A DNA stretch of 64,000 bases from Camelus ferus. Taxonomy: Eukaryota. The notes below the pieces were generated by a model. That model was given only the letters and a program-made list of their open reading frames with translations. It did not search any database and was not told where the DNA came from. Below are positions 44,701-58,840 of this stretch, piece after piece. The stretch is from positions 85,252,001-85,316,000 of the forward strand of contig NC_045696.1 in the NCBI RefSeq assembly GCF_009834535.1. The letters run 5' to 3'. Positions within the stretch are counted from its first letter, which is position 1, and every line of letters starts with the position of its first letter. Position numbers and translations under genes: made by a program.

Positions 44701-45704
44701 GAAAAAGAAAAAAAAATCTTAAACTTTTAAAATTCAGTATTAATAAAGATTTAGTGAAGACCTTTAAGTTTAGATTAATTATGTTGAATTATTACTGGGT
44801 CAGATTTCTGGCCAGAAAAATAACACACGGGTCTAGAGTGTAAAAAGGAGTTATCAGATCAAAGGATAAGAAATGAAGTGCTAAAATAAAAAGATGATGA
44901 TGTAATAAGGAGTTATTAACCAATAACTGTATTGCCTAAGGCAATATATGTTTTGGTCATTCCATTATTTATATTAATAAGCTTTTGAATTCCTTTATCT
45001 TTTCTTTGTGAGTTTAGACTTGTGAGTATCTAGACCTTAGAAAACTGTGTACATCTATGACTTAATGACATACTATTTTTTGCATCTCCTGGAGAGGCTG
45101 CAAAATTAATAATGCCACATATATGATAAAAAGAGTCTTGTCACTTTGAATTTGCTGCTTGAGCAAGTTTGCTTTAAAAAAGTATATAAGTTACACAGTG
45201 GCATTTAATGAGTTGAGACACCTGTAATGATATTAACCCTCTGGAATCATTTATGCAGAAAGAAGAGTTTTCTAAATACATTCTAAATCTTCCTTAAGAT
45301 ACAATAACTTTCAAAAATCTAAATACATAGACTGTTCACTATCTATCAATCTCCCTATCCATTGATCCATTTACCTTTTTGAGAAAGCTACACTGATTAT
45401 AAAACCTAATTACTGTGCAATTACGGAAACTATTGGATTTGAAAACAGCTATTTTGATTGCTCTTCCAGGGCTTTTTCTACTATAACACAAAATCTCTAT
45501 GGAAACAGATGTAAATCTGTATACTGTCCATACATTGACTATGTTTTCGCTAAAAGTAAAAATGGTGTCATAATTATAATTCATCAAATTAAACACAATT
45601 ACATTTAATTACATTTATGATTCTTCCATGTGGTTGAATCTCTTCACACTGAAGTGTTGTCTCAGGAATTAAAACCATAATAGTAATGAACATCCTTTTA
45701 GACA

Positions 45705-46251
45705 GTATATTAGATTTCTATTTTTACATAACAAGTCACAAATACAACAGTTTATGTTATATAATGGTTAAATATAACCATTCATTTATCATCTCACAGT
45801 TTTGGTAAGTCAAAAACCTGGCATGGCCTAGATGGAATTTCTGTTCAGTGTATTACAAGGCCAAGATCAAAGCGTCAGCAGGGCTGCAATTCAATCTAGG
45901 GTTTGGGGTTGCTTTTCAAGATTATCAGTTATTGGCAGAATTTACTTCCTTCTTATGTTTACCATGTGGTTCCCTCCATCTGCAAGCCAGCCACAGCAGG
46001 TGGAGTCTTTCTCATGATTCAAATCTCGGATTTACCCTTTATTCACATCTATCTGACTTCCTTTTCTGCATTTAAGGGCTCATGTGATTGCATTGTGCTA
46101 CCTGAATAATCCCAAATAATCTTTCTATCTTGAAGTCAACTGATTAGTAACCTTAATTATGTCTTCAGTGTCTGTTTTGCCACGTAATGCACCATTGTCA
46201 CTGGTGTGACAGCAGGGGCAAAGGTCATGAAGACAACATTCTGCCTACTAT
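45705..46251 (-). mobile_element. MaLR LTR (MLT1E/F-like)
   Basis: catttatcatctcacagtttt...caaggccaagatcaaagcgtcagcagggctg...taagggctcatgtgatt...attctgcctactata. Confidence 0.8.
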
Positions 46252-48749
46252 AGGTAGAGATATTTCCTGATAAGAAAGGGATGTCAAATGAATTTTTGTC
46301 TGGGAATAAAGCTCTATTTATTCAAACTTAAGCTTAAAATATCAAAAAGTAAACTGAGATTAAATTCACTCAAAAAGTAGTTATATGGTGATTAACAACA
46401 CAGTCAAAAATATGTATTTAGCACTTGCTATAGAACAATACTACTAGAACCAAGACAAAACTCGATCTCTTAATATCTTTTTGTTGCTGGTATGTAGCAT
46501 AGTCTCTGAGAAATAAATATGCTGGACATATATCTCATAAATACTCATAGGATAAAAAGTTATCATCTCTTGACTCCAAACAACTCACAATATATAAAGT
46601 ATAATTGACATGCAAATTCCTGCAGAAGAGAAAAAGGTCGTATTGCTGTAGCAGGAGACCATGGTGTATCAAGGATAAAAGGACAAAAGATAAGCCTGGA
46701 AAAGTAAGAAAGGATCAGACCTTTAAAAGAAAAGTTTGAAAAACTAACTACAAAAATGACCTGGATAAAACAGTCTAAAGGCTTTTTATAGTCTTCTGCT
46801 CTTTAGTATAAATTGAAAACAAATGTTGCCTTTTCTAAGCCATATTGGGTAGGGGGATTGGAGGAATAAGAGGATATCATTAATATGTGTGCCTTGCTGA
46901 ACACATCACAGGTTTTGATAAATATATGAAGTAATGTGCTTTAGGTAAGTAGTTTCTATTTGTCTATGAAATTATACATTACAAATTATCACCTGTTCCA
47001 TGTGTAACTTAAATCTCAAGGTTCATTATCAGATTCCTCATTATGAGCAAGTACACATTTTCTCTGTCACCCATAATTAGACACCAAGAGGAATCTTTAA
47101 GATTGCAAAATTGGTGAAATTATTATAATTGAATGTATTTCATAATTGAACACATCTGATCCGTTCTTTCCACTGCTCACAACTCTCTAATGCCATCCTA
47201 TTGTAGTTAATGACAACTTTCTAAACAAGACCAGATTTTGCATTTTCTACTTTCTGCCTATTCCTCCATCAGTTATCCATCCTTACTGTCTTTGCTACAG
47301 TAACACTCGTTTTTAATGTACACTCTAATACATGCTTCCTTTCACCTTGGAGCTTTTAAGCATTCTATTCTTCTACACAAACTTCGCTCAATTAACTCAT
47401 AATTGTGCCAATTGCAAATCAATGTTTTCCTTTTTTCTCATTTTATTTAAAATTATGGTTAGATACAGATGTGTGTGTGTTTTATTTTAAGAGATTTAAA
47501 TTTTCTTTTCTATTTTTACATTGTGAAACATTTTAAATAGCATGGGCATATTCTTATCTTAAAATTTTGATAAAATTCACATTCTTTGGTGCCAGGGATT
47601 TGCGGAGAGAGTAGCAGCAGTATTCTTGTATTACTCATTGAATGGTGACTTATCTTGTTTTTGTGGTCCTGCCTTCTGGAAATCTTAATAGATTGATATT
47701 AGATATTGGACATCCTGGGTCAATGCTTTAACTTTTCTAATGTCTTACTTTCCAGCTCTTTTTCTTACTGTTCTACTTTTCAGACACTTCATGCAAATTA
47801 TTTTCCCAGTCTATTGAATTGTATATTTCTGCTATAATATTTTAACTCTTAAGATCTTTCTTGTTCTCTAAATGTTTGTTTATTTAGTGGTTTATTTTTT
47901 GTGATTTATTGTAATATCTTAATCCTTGTTTCGGTATGCAGTGTATTTGCTCCTTTGGAGAATGTAAGCCATAATTTTTGAAAAATTGCTCGCTCTCTCT
48001 TCCTCCCTTTCTCCCTCTCTCTCTTTCTCAATTTATCTTTCAATTGGAGCATTTCCTTCAGGTATACTTTGAGGCATTAGGAGTGAGTGAAAGTGAATGC
48101 AAGATTAAAATTTTCAAGTTTAATGACCATATCTATTAAAACCAAAACCAAAACCACAAGTAAGAGGCTTTAATCCTCTTTGCTCTATGGGAAACTACAA
48201 ATGCATGGTTTTAGGTAGGAAACTAGTATAACTATAAACGCCAGTGTATTCAAACTCACAGGTTTTTTAAAGCAGTGTCTTAAAATGAGAACCAAAATAA
48301 GTTATTGAAGCAATACTAAATAAATTTTATTTTCATTTCAAGTGTGTCATGTCTTTGTAAGCATTTGTTTCTTGTACTTGGTTTTCTAATATATTTTCCC
48401 CCATAATTTATGTTAAGCCAACCAATTTTCTGTTCCTATACTTGTCATTGCTTAATGCTTTTCTGATAAGTGTGTTACGACAACCACCTTCTAGACTCTA
48501 GGAATTTGATCCATCACAAGTGCACTTCTAAAAGCGTCGTTTGCAACTTCCCTAATTTCTGCTGCACTTACTACCAAGTCTATGGATGCATATGCCATGT
48601 GTTTCCAACAGAGCATTTTATTTCCCTGAAAAACATCTGATGCTATCTAAATGCTACTGGAAGACCTTTCTTAAAAAGAAATAAATTTACTCTTGTCTCA
48701 GTTACACCTAACCTCCACTACAAATAGCTCAAATTCTTCTTGAAATAAA

Positions 48750-48940
48750 GACAAATGTAGTAAAAAATTAAGTCAAAGTTTGAAACCAGATAGACACCCG
48801 GATTTGAATGCTGTCTACTACTCAGTAGCCATGTGACAGCAGACAAATGCCTTATATCTCCAGCCATTTGTTTGCTCTGCTTAATGCCTCACTTCCCAGA
48901 ATCTTAGGATGATTATATGCAATAACACAAGTAGCAGATC
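48750..48940 (+). mobile_element. MIR SINE
   Basis: tttgaaaccagatagacacccggatttgaatgctgtctactactcagtagccatgtgac. Confidence 0.6.
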
Positions 48941-49799
48941 ATTTAAAAATACCCACAAGTGAAAAAAAAAATACCCACAAGTGAAAAACACCTTCCCTGA
49001 CCTCACAGCCATGTTTAAGGGAGCAGCCTGCTTAAAATCTACCCACTAGAAACCATAGTAAGAACTCAAGGATACAACAACCAGAGCGTATATTCAACAA
49101 GAAATGCTCACTTATTTTTGACTTAGAAAAGTTTAGTAATTAACCTCACTTTTAGTAAGGGCCTATTAATAAAAGGCATTGTATTTTACTTCAGCCGTGT
49201 GTCCAGAAGACCAAAGAATTCTAGAAATCTAGAAGTATTCTTCCTTGTGCTTATGGTTACATTTCTAGATATATTTTTCTAGCAACCCATTTTCCTTAAA
49301 ATAAAATCAGTGTGCTCAAAGAAAAAAAAGAATAGTACATAGTTTAATAGTGGTATTTATTCTTTTTAGTTTTATTTACAGAGAGCCGTGTTCATCTGAG
49401 GAGAGGCTACTTAATGTCAGCTTAATTGTGATCTTGCTTTAAAAAGAAGTTTTTAGTCCTGAAAATGTCAAGTGGCACCTAACTTACAATAATCATAATA
49501 AACAAGAAGAAACCTGCAGTTATGAGACCATCATGGGTACATCAGCAATATACTGAATAAATGCTTATCACAGGCAGACAATCACTGTGTTATTTATAGC
49601 CACTAGAATTCTAGTCCAATTGAGAAATTGCTATTAAGTTGTTAACAAGTACAGTATGACTATTTTCTTATCCTTCAGAGAAAGATTTACAAAAGAAATA
49701 CGTCATAAAATTTTGTATTATTTTATTCTGTGAAGTGCTGGGGTAAACATTTTTTGAACTTAGGGTATGTTGAAGTATAAAGAAATCCTTGTATTGCAT

Positions 49800-50060
49800 A
49801 TAATAAAAATAACATTTATAGGGAATTCACCATATTCTAGGTGTTTCCTACACTGTTTGCATGTTAATTAATTTAAAACTCACAGCCAGCCTGTGAGAGA
49901 GCAATTGTTGTTATTCCCATCTTACAGGTAGAAAATGTAAGTGCCAAGAATCTATGTCAAGTGTCTGAAGTCACACAGCTGGAAAAAGTTAGAGCCAGTG
50001 TCAAATGACAGGTGCAATTCATTTATATCCACGGGAAGCACTTAAACCTTGACATTACAC
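49800..50060 (-). mobile_element. MIR SINE
   Basis: ttgttattcccatcttacaggtagaaaatgtaag...gaagtcacacagctgg. Confidence 0.65.
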
Positions 50061-50399
50061 TAACATCCTCCACTCTGCACATTTAAACTTAGCATTCCAC
50101 TTCCAGACCCAAATTTCTTAATTTTTAGTTGTCTCAATAATGTATCTTCCTTTTACATTTCCAAATTTATGCTTTTAGACCAGAAAGTAGAAAAAGATTT
50201 ACACCTGTCTGTTTCTCGCTCTGTAAGTGCAGGATTCCCAAGTACCATTGTATGTGAAATGCTCCCCACCATCCTTCAACTCATCTCCTGTAAAATTCCA
50301 CTTGGTACTGAAAAAAATGGGTATCCTCTAATCTAAGTCATTATCAATCTTCTGTTGTCTCTTATTTGAGTGCTACCACCCTCTCACCACAAGAACCAG

Positions 50400-51250
50400 A
50401 AATGCTTCAAAATTCAGAGAAAATCAAAAAGTAGCTCCTCATCCTCTCCCAACAAACCTGAAGAATCAGGTCAAAGAGAACTTTATGTGGTACTTAAGTC
50501 TGAAGAGTATCAGCACACATTCACTTCCTCACGATGGGATATTAAAAATCACTGTTCACACTCCATATCCTCTCATCTTCCATTTTCACTAGCAGTCCTT
50601 GTGATCGCTGCTCTTACAGGCCTCGCGGATCCACCCTCCTTTCTTGATCTCCACATTCTCCTCACCAGACCAGAACAAGCCTCTGTAATCTCCTATGTGG
50701 GCTATTTCAATGCAATTATGTGAACGTGTCCCTCTGCATTCACTCTTGCCCATCTCTGCCAAGACAGTCAGTTCACAAAGCAAGGCTGATCAACTCAAGG
50801 TCCTTACTCAAAATGCTTCAAATTTTCAACCAAAAAGTTTAATAAAACCCAGTATGATCTTATATTACTAGTTTCTGGGTCCTACCACATGGGTCTTTCA
50901 ATCGCTTACCTGAACCTCAGTCTTCACCACTGGGCCATTTACTTGTTCCTTTCTGTCTTAAATGCACTTTCCCCTTTTCTATGTGTTTATTTCCTATTAT
51001 TTCTTGATATCACAATTTAATTTCCTCTTCCCTGGACCCCAGTGGCAGGTCTTTCCCCTACTATCATGGCACCGTGTGATTCATCTTAACAGATCTTATT
51101 GCTATGACTGTTATGTTACATGTTTGTGATCATTTTATTAATATCTGCTAAAGAGCTGTAAGTGCCACAAGAACAGAGATAGTGTCATTTATTGAGTTTT
51201 GAAAATAGAAAGTCCTTTAAAAATACTTGCTAATTAATGGATTGATTGAT
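50400..51250 (+). mobile_element. L2 LINE 3' part
   Basis: caagcctctgtaatctcctatgtgggctatttcaatgc and a terminal aaatacttgctaattaatggattgattga. Confidence 0.55.
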
Positions 51251-51269
51251 ATCAGTGGTAGAGGGGTTC

Positions 51270-51385
51270 TTTATTCTAACTATTTCAAATTTCTGAACTT
51301 CAGCATGGTAAGATAATACATTTGTGTTGCTTTAAGCTACCAAGTTTGTGGTAATTTGTTAAAGCAGCAATAGAAAGCTAATACA
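51270..51385 (+). mobile_element. MLT1 LTR 3' end fragment
   Basis: tttgtgttgctttaagctaccaagtttgtggtaatttgttaaagcagcaatagaaagctaataca. Confidence 0.75.
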
Positions 51386-53331
51386 CTGGTGCAGTATTTA
51401 TAACTGTAGAACTTATTTGTGGCACAGAGTTATAATTTTCTGTTTGCTATGCCTCCTATCAGATCTTCCCTCCCTGAAGAAAGAAACTCTTCTTGAATCA
51501 ACAGCCTGAGTAACCTGCACAATGCTTGGCATATAAATTGATGGAGTGAAAGAATAAATTCTCTTCCAACAACTTATGAATAGGGAATAATCTTTTGTAC
51601 ATAGTGACACAATTTTTTATTACTGTTTCATTTGGTGTAATTTTTCTGACCACTACAGACATTGCTGGTGTCTCTCTGAAAAAAACAATAAAATTTGCTT
51701 CTCTTGGTATTACTTTTTCTCCTTTATGGTAATAGATGTTTAGTTCAAACTTATATTTAAACATTGCTTAATGTTCTAATGACAAGGTAAATTAATTATT
51801 AAGAAGAACAGAAAAACATTATTTTCTCATTTTTTTCCTACAACAATGGCTCTTTAGGCCATAGTTTTGCTACTTTTTCTGGTTTTTAAAAACCCTCTTT
51901 TCTAAAAAATTCAAAATTAGCAGTGACTTTATTTAAAAAATATGACAGGTGAGGAATAATTAACAAAATGCATCCATACTTTAAGCAATGTGCTCTAAGT
52001 TAAAACAGAGCTTCTGATGTAGAATTAAGTGTATTTCTTTACTGTAGGCCTGTGCACTGTCACTGCATGATTTGTAACATCCGGATTCATAAGCAACTGT
52101 ATTGGGTATATTTGAAGTGGAGAAAGAATCTAATTTAAAACAACACGAGTAAAAACATTCTTTATAGTAAATACTTCTAAAAATGCTCACCATATCTTTT
52201 AGCAATGTCCATCTGTACCTAAATTGACAGCAATATATTCAGAGACTCAACTTAATCTTTTCCAAAACATTCAAATAATGTGTTACATAAATGCCTTTTA
52301 TTTTATTCTGCTTCATCTGTTTATATAATATTTTACTAATCATAAAATTGTAATAAAAATCCAACTGACAGAGCAATTTTAAGAATAAGTGCAGCGTGTG
52401 ATAAGCATCCAACCCAACTAACAGAAGAGAGGCGTGTGGGCTCCACCAGAAGGCAGTCTCCTCCCCAAGCCTGCTTTGGGTTCTGTCATGATGACTCACA
52501 GAGGAGCAGTTCATCCAATTTATTTAATGGCGGTTGCTTATTAGAGCTAGCACTCTGTATGATTTTCTTAATTCCGCTCTTTTTTCTATCTGGAAATTTC
52601 TTATTCCTCTTCTAAAATTCAATTCACATTTGACCTCATCCAGGAGGGCCTCTCAGACATTACCGGTCCGAGTTAACAGAGACCATGTCCCTTTGTTCTC
52701 TCCCAGTGCCTGTAGTACTAAAACTTGGTCATAGTCAGTCTAGTATTCGCCTCCTTTGACAAAGTTTCTGTGATCTCCAAACTACAGGGATTGTATTCTG
52801 TTCCTCTTGCATCCCACTGCATAGGCCTGCTTTTAAGCTAATAGATGATTCGTGATTTTTTTGTAGTGAGTTAATGACATTTTAGTTATAAATGTATGCT
52901 GGAAAAAGACTAGGTTCATACCTCAAGGGGGGAAATCCTGTTAAAATGAAGTAGATACTAAAGAAAAACATTGTAATACATATTTGAGTAAAAGTTTCAT
53001 GCTATGAAAATATTTAAAGAAAAAAACAGGTTTGAATCAAAGAAGGATTAAACTCCAAGCTTTCATTTATACACACACTGTGGTATATTAAGCAGAATCA
53101 GTACTAGGAAAGTCATCACAAAACTGTCCAGAGACAAGGAAAATCGGAGTAAAACCGAAAGAGGCAATGGGGGTTGGGAAGCTGGACTGGTCCTGCATTT
53201 CGCAAGCATTTATTGAGAGTTGATTCTTACAGTCTATGAGCCTGTGAATTATTTAAAAGTAAGGAGGCCTTGATTGCAATGAATATAATTTTCAAGAAAT
53301 TAAAATTTAAGTTAAAGAAATGGTAATACTG

Positions 53332-53804
53332 GGGTATGGGATTAAGAGTTACAAATTATTATGGATAAAATAGATACAGGGGATTAAGAGGTACAGATCA
53401 CTGTGCATAAAATAAATAAGCTACAAGGAAAAACTGTACAACACAGGGAACACAGCTAATATTTTATAATAACTATAAATGGAATATCACCTTTAAAAAT
53501 TGTGAATCACTATGCTGTACCCCTGAAATATATAATAGTGTATATCAACAATAATTAATTTAAAAAATCTAAAAATGAAACTAGTAAAAACTTATGAATA
53601 AAAATTCTGGTAAAGCAAGTAAATAAATAAATAAATAAAACAGATAAGCAACAAGGATGAATTGGAAAGTACAGGGATATATAGCTATTATTTGGTAGTA
53701 AGTTTAAATGGAGTATAAGCTATAAAAATATTGAATCACTATGTTGTACACCTGAAACTAATATAATATTATAAGTCAACTATATGTCAATAAAAAAGAA
53801 TAAA
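53332..53804 (+). mobile_element. Two nested cetartiodactyl-type L1 3' ends (inner copy 53377-53634)
   Basis: Two copies of the gggattaagag...acaggga..atag...gaatcactatg.tgtac.cctgaaa motif. Outer TSD aaagaaatggtaatactg (53314-53331) / aaagaactggtgatattg (53805-53822). Inner TSD ataaaatagata (53365-53376) / ataaaacagata (53635-53646). Confidence 0.85.
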
Positions 53805-55399
53805 AAAGAACTGGTGATATTGCTTGGATCTTTAATCATAACGACTGAACAGACATGCAAGAAAAAGTTCAATCAAACGTGTAAGAGAAACAAAACTGTG
53901 CAAATTAACCTCATCCGACTAAATATAAACTAATAGATAATATCAGATATGATATTTAAAATATTTAATAGGCAGTATAGCATGAACACTGACAAACAGG
54001 ATAGACACAAACCACTTTGTGCAACTGGAGCAAATCCACTCCTTAGGAGACTTGGATCTGACATGTCCTTAACAGACACCAATTTATTTTCACTGTTTCA
54101 GAAATGTCTGGAATAATTTCAGAGTCTATTCTTTCAAGAATTAAATTCTTAACACTCAGTGTCTTCTTTATTTAGCTCATTATTCTATTCTCCTAAGCCA
54201 GGTGTTTAGTCACCTACTTAGATTTTGAATTTTCAGCAGTTTTTTAAATAGTTCTGACTTTTCAGGGTTCATTGTAATTTAAATTATAATTTTTCACCAA
54301 TGTTTCTTTCCAGCATTATAATGTGCTTAGTGATATTAAGAAATATAACTGCTCTTTGGCTGAAAACGCATGGGCCAATAAATGTGAAGACTATTGCTCT
54401 GCCCTGTCAAAAATAATTTTTAAATTAGAGCTACAAATACATTACAGATTTTTCAAAAATATATTTTTACTTATCATGAAATGATGTGTGTGTGCATGTG
54501 TGTGTATTTTCTTTTTTATCAACAAAATCATCTGTTGACATCTTTTCAAAACGACAGTGTTTTGTGAAAGTTTGTGTATCTTTAACAAAATAGAAATCAT
54601 GTTATTTAGAAAATAGTGAATTTATAAGCTGTAGTTTGAAAACAATGAAAGAATGACTTCAGCTGATCAATTTGCTTGCCCGTTTAACAGTTTAAAATTT
54701 TTTAAATATTGAGTTACTCAATTCAATTAAGATGACTCAATTATTAAAGACAATATATGTATAACTATTTTAAATCCTGTACTTTTTCTTAATAACAAAA
54801 TAGTAATTAATTAATTGAAAGTTTGATTAAAATATTTAGTGGATTTCTAATTAATTTTTTATTCTGTCTGCACCCTCACTCTCCCATCCAATTCAAAAAT
54901 AAAATCAACATATAATGAATAAAATCTAAGATAGGTTAATTTTCCTTAAAGAGGTAGCTGACTTTAGTGTAAACTGTTTTAAAATGTAAACCTAATAAGT
55001 GGACTATGCCAGTTAAAAGTGATATGGTCAAACATTGAATCACAGAAAAAGTAGAATTTCAGAGTAAAATGTAAACAATGTCCACCGCAGAGCTTTAAGA
55101 AGGAGAATTAGCTTTCCTCTTTAAGCTGTTTGATCGTGAATAAATTCCACATAACCATAGGGAATTGCAGCAGCCTATCTTCTCCTCTGTCTTTAAATAA
55201 TTAACAGATCTAAGCAGGACAAAGTCATTACAACTCACCAAATATTTGTATGCATTTCCACATTTCTCGGCCCTCTTCCAGTTAGGCAAAGTGACTAATT
55301 CTGGCCAACTGTTTGTGAGCAGAAGTGAGGTGTGCACTTCCAAACTGAAATGAATCTTAGTTAAATTAAGCCACCGAGATTTTAGAGTTTAACGCGTTA

Positions 55400-55820
55400 C
55401 AGATTTGACCAGATTGTCTAAAGTCCGCTTTATGCTGCTTCACTTTTGTGAAATACCTACATTAGTACCAGTTTTCGCTAACCTAAACAAATCCAAAGAG
55501 GGGTTTTGCTTTTACAGAAAAGGTGAAAAGTGAAACCAAAGACATTCAGCATTTGTTCTGCAGCAAGCCCTTACAGAGGCAGCGAGCAGACCATGAGCAA
55601 CAAGAGTGGTACGCTCCTTCCCCAAGAATTACACTCAGCATCTCAGCATCAAGCTGCCATAGCCTTGAACTGCATCTGTGAGCATCTATGATTTAGCTCT
55701 ATTTATTTCGTGCATTATTAGCAAGATGTGTCCTAAGGTGATTGTTTCTTCATTTTATGCCATTTCAGCTTCAAAAGTTTTCGAAACAATGCTCTACTTT
55801 CGAATAGCAGGGGAAATCTG
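55400..55820. mobile_element. Non-autonomous Tc1/mariner (Tigger-like) DNA transposon nested in an MLT1 LTR end
   Basis: TA duplication at 55398-55399 and 55821-55822, with imperfect TIRs CAGATTT...AAAG / CTTT...AAATCTG. The flanks rejoin as the MLT1 end ttaagccaccgagattt...gtta|ccacagtataaactggcctatc. Confidence 0.75.
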
Positions 55821-57261
55821 TACCACAGTATAAACTGGCCTATCTGTCTAGTGTACTAATTCACTGTATTCTAATTTTACATTCACCAGGTAAACAATAT
55901 AGCCTTGCTCTGCACATAACCATAATTATTGAAAAAGAATGTGTGATCAGGCCAAATGAAAATTCTTGTAAATGTGACAGGTGCATGTCCCATTGTCAAT
56001 TACTGTATTGGTAGTAGGATTTTATGCATCAGTCTTCTTATTTTAATTTTAGTCTGTCCAAAGTTAAGTATTTCTTCTACATAAAAAATAAAGGTTTATA
56101 GCCTAAAATACTGAGTTCCTGGCACTGAAATCCATGCACTTCCTCCATGAGTGGTACCCTATCCTTGTGTACACAAACACTCCCCTCCGTCCTAGTAAAA
56201 TCTTTTGATATACTTTCACTCTGCCATTGCTGCATGCCATTTTTATTTAACCACTTCTTGCAATATGCACTTAGAAAAACATTTATTAAAATCATAGAAG
56301 GCTGTATAGGGATAAAAATAAATAACATTTTCCTTCTATCCAAGTAGCACTAAATATAATTCAACATGCTTAGGAGTTTAGACTCTTGCCCTCAAAATGC
56401 TATAAAAGAATCAATCTCAGGAATGATTCAAGTGTGTAACAGCACAGTTCATCTTTATGCTTAACCTTTTTTCTCAGTACAACTTAAGTACATTTTTACA
56501 TGTTCTATTTTTAATTCAAATAGAATTTTCAGTAACTCATACCTGAGAATTCTCTTTTATAAGCCAACCATCTTTTTAAGCCTTCTTTATACATTGTATT
56601 TGCCAGGCCATTTAGTATTATCTTCACTCATGGCTGCTCTCTGGATTCTTACCAGAGTTTCCTTTTCTTCTTTAAAATTTATACCATAAACATCTCAGAA
56701 TAATCTGAACTTGATACCAAAAAAAAAAAAAAAAATCTATGTTTACTGATGTACTCGCCAGTCAATGGCCCAATGCTATTTTTCCAAGTGGAAATAAGGC
56801 CTAAGAGATAGTACTATCTCACAAATAAGATGTCTTGCCTTAAACAGAGTGCCAATAACATGGTGCTGCAATCACAGTATGGAAACACATTTGAACGTAT
56901 TTATGCTTTCCCACTGATGTCAGAGTTAATTCAAAATATTGAAATCTGGTTAGGGACTTTGTCCAGTGATTAAATTTGACATGTGTTTATGGACACGCCA
57001 AGTCAATGTAAGATACTCAAGTTTAAGTATGATTTTTATTCTATGCAACTTGAATATTATCTTTTAGTATAACCTTAAGCTTTGTATTTTAAATAAGATT
57101 AGTTTACTTAATTTACATATTTTGAAATAATCACTCTGATAGGTTTGAATTCTTTGGTTTGGTTATATTTTTATATTACATATTTCTTGTTTTAAATTTC
57201 TGTGAAAATGTATAACATATTGTGTTTTTAGTTTTTTAACACATTCTTAAAGTTTTATATA

Positions 57262-57266
57262 TGTGT

Positions 57267-57320
<54 letters not shown>
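57262..57320. repeat. (TG)n microsatellite, one interruption
   Basis: Read directly from the sequence. Confidence 0.95.
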
Positions 57321-57324
<4 letters not shown>

Positions 57325-57868
57325 TACCAGAATCAAACTCTTGTTAGTAGCTAGGCCCTAAGTTAAAGCCCTACACAGTTAACTGTTTCTTAGCCTTAGC
57401 TTAACAAACCAAACAGATCTGAAATTTGATGGCAGGTCTATACATTCACCGTTTAGTGAACTTTTTAAGTAGGTGTTACTCATCTTATGGTGCCCCTTAT
57501 ATCCTAAGACTTCATTCCTACACTCCAAAACAGTGTTTCCCAAAGTTTTCTTACAGAACATTAATTTCTCAACATGTTTCATCAGAAATAGGTTCCAAGG
57601 TCAATTAAGTTTGGGAAACAAGGCATGCAAAATATCACTTAAGAGAATTAAAATGCTCATTAATATATAAAAGACTCTGAAGAACACTGAGATAAATAAC
57701 CTATTTAATCTTTTTTATCAACTAATTTGACCACATAGTTGTTCGTGTTTGTGTGTATATATATATACACACATAAACACATGCGTATGCCAAAAATCTA
57801 TTGATATTCCATGGAACTTGCACCAACTGTGTTCTAAAAGCAGCTATTTGCAAAATGTTTCTCTAGAC

Positions 57869-58078
57869 CAGTGATTCTCATCCTGAGCACTATAGACATT
57901 GGGGATGGGCAGTCCAGGTTTGGGGGCAGGGGCTGCTGTTCTGTGCATTGTATGATGCTTTAGATGCTTAGCTGCTTCCTGAGTTCTAACCACTAGATGC
58001 CAAGAGCAATAAAAAATATTTCCAGACATTGCCAAATACACTTTTGGGGGCAAAACTGTTCCTGTTTGAGAGCGACTG
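57869..58078. mobile_element. MER20 hAT DNA transposon
   Basis: cagtgattctca...ctgtgcattgta...ccactagatgcca...ccagacattgccaaat...tgagagcgactg. 8 bp TSD ctctagac / atatagac. Confidence 0.85.
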
Positions 58079-58619
58079 ATATAGACAGTGCAATTTTCCC
58101 ACTGAAGTGTAAACTTACTGAAAGGAGTTTGGAACATTACAATGAGTATTTGGGCAGAAGGGCTGAGGAAAAGGCAAAAAGAGAATGTGAAATACTCACA
58201 GTGTTGCTAGCTGACTTCTGAGGCTGCTGGTGCAGAGGAATGAAGGGTGTGATGCTTTTTCTGCTCCTCGTGTTTGTGCAGTTTTCTGACCTGAAACAAT
58301 TTCACTTTATTCTCAAAGCATGGAAAATCTTTTTTTCCTCACCCTCTTACATTGCAAATATTTAGGTGTCCTTGTACTTTTTCTTAACTCAGTTCTACAC
58401 TCTACCTGGATAATTTTAACTACTGTCATGAGTTCACATAGTATCACTAAATATCATCTAAATTAGTGTGTCACCATTCCTGACTTTTATCCAGATATTT
58501 CCATTTGAATTGAAAACCTCAGACTCAATATCTGACTCCTTAAGGCCTTTTCTTCATCTTTAATCTGCTGAAGCATCATCATCCTCATGGTCATGAGCAA
58601 TGAGGAATGAGAAACTGAC

Positions 58620-58840
58620 GCAGGTTCCAATCCACCCTCAGCCGTTTGGGTTTGCCCTCACTTTCCCCACTTCACATCCTTCTTCCCAACTACCTGTGTT
58701 ACTGACGTCAGCGTCCAGCTCCAGATGCAAAGATGGGAGCTTTCCATAGGATTAATCAGCTCCCACATTGTGTGAATTAAAATCTTTATAAGAAATCCCT
58801 TTCTTATATCACCCCCGGCTATCCTGTTTCTTCAATGGGA
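58620..58840 (+). mobile_element. ERVL LTR16-like fragment
   Basis: aatcagctcccacattgtgtgaattaaaatctttataagaaatccct...ctgtttct. Confidence 0.45.
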
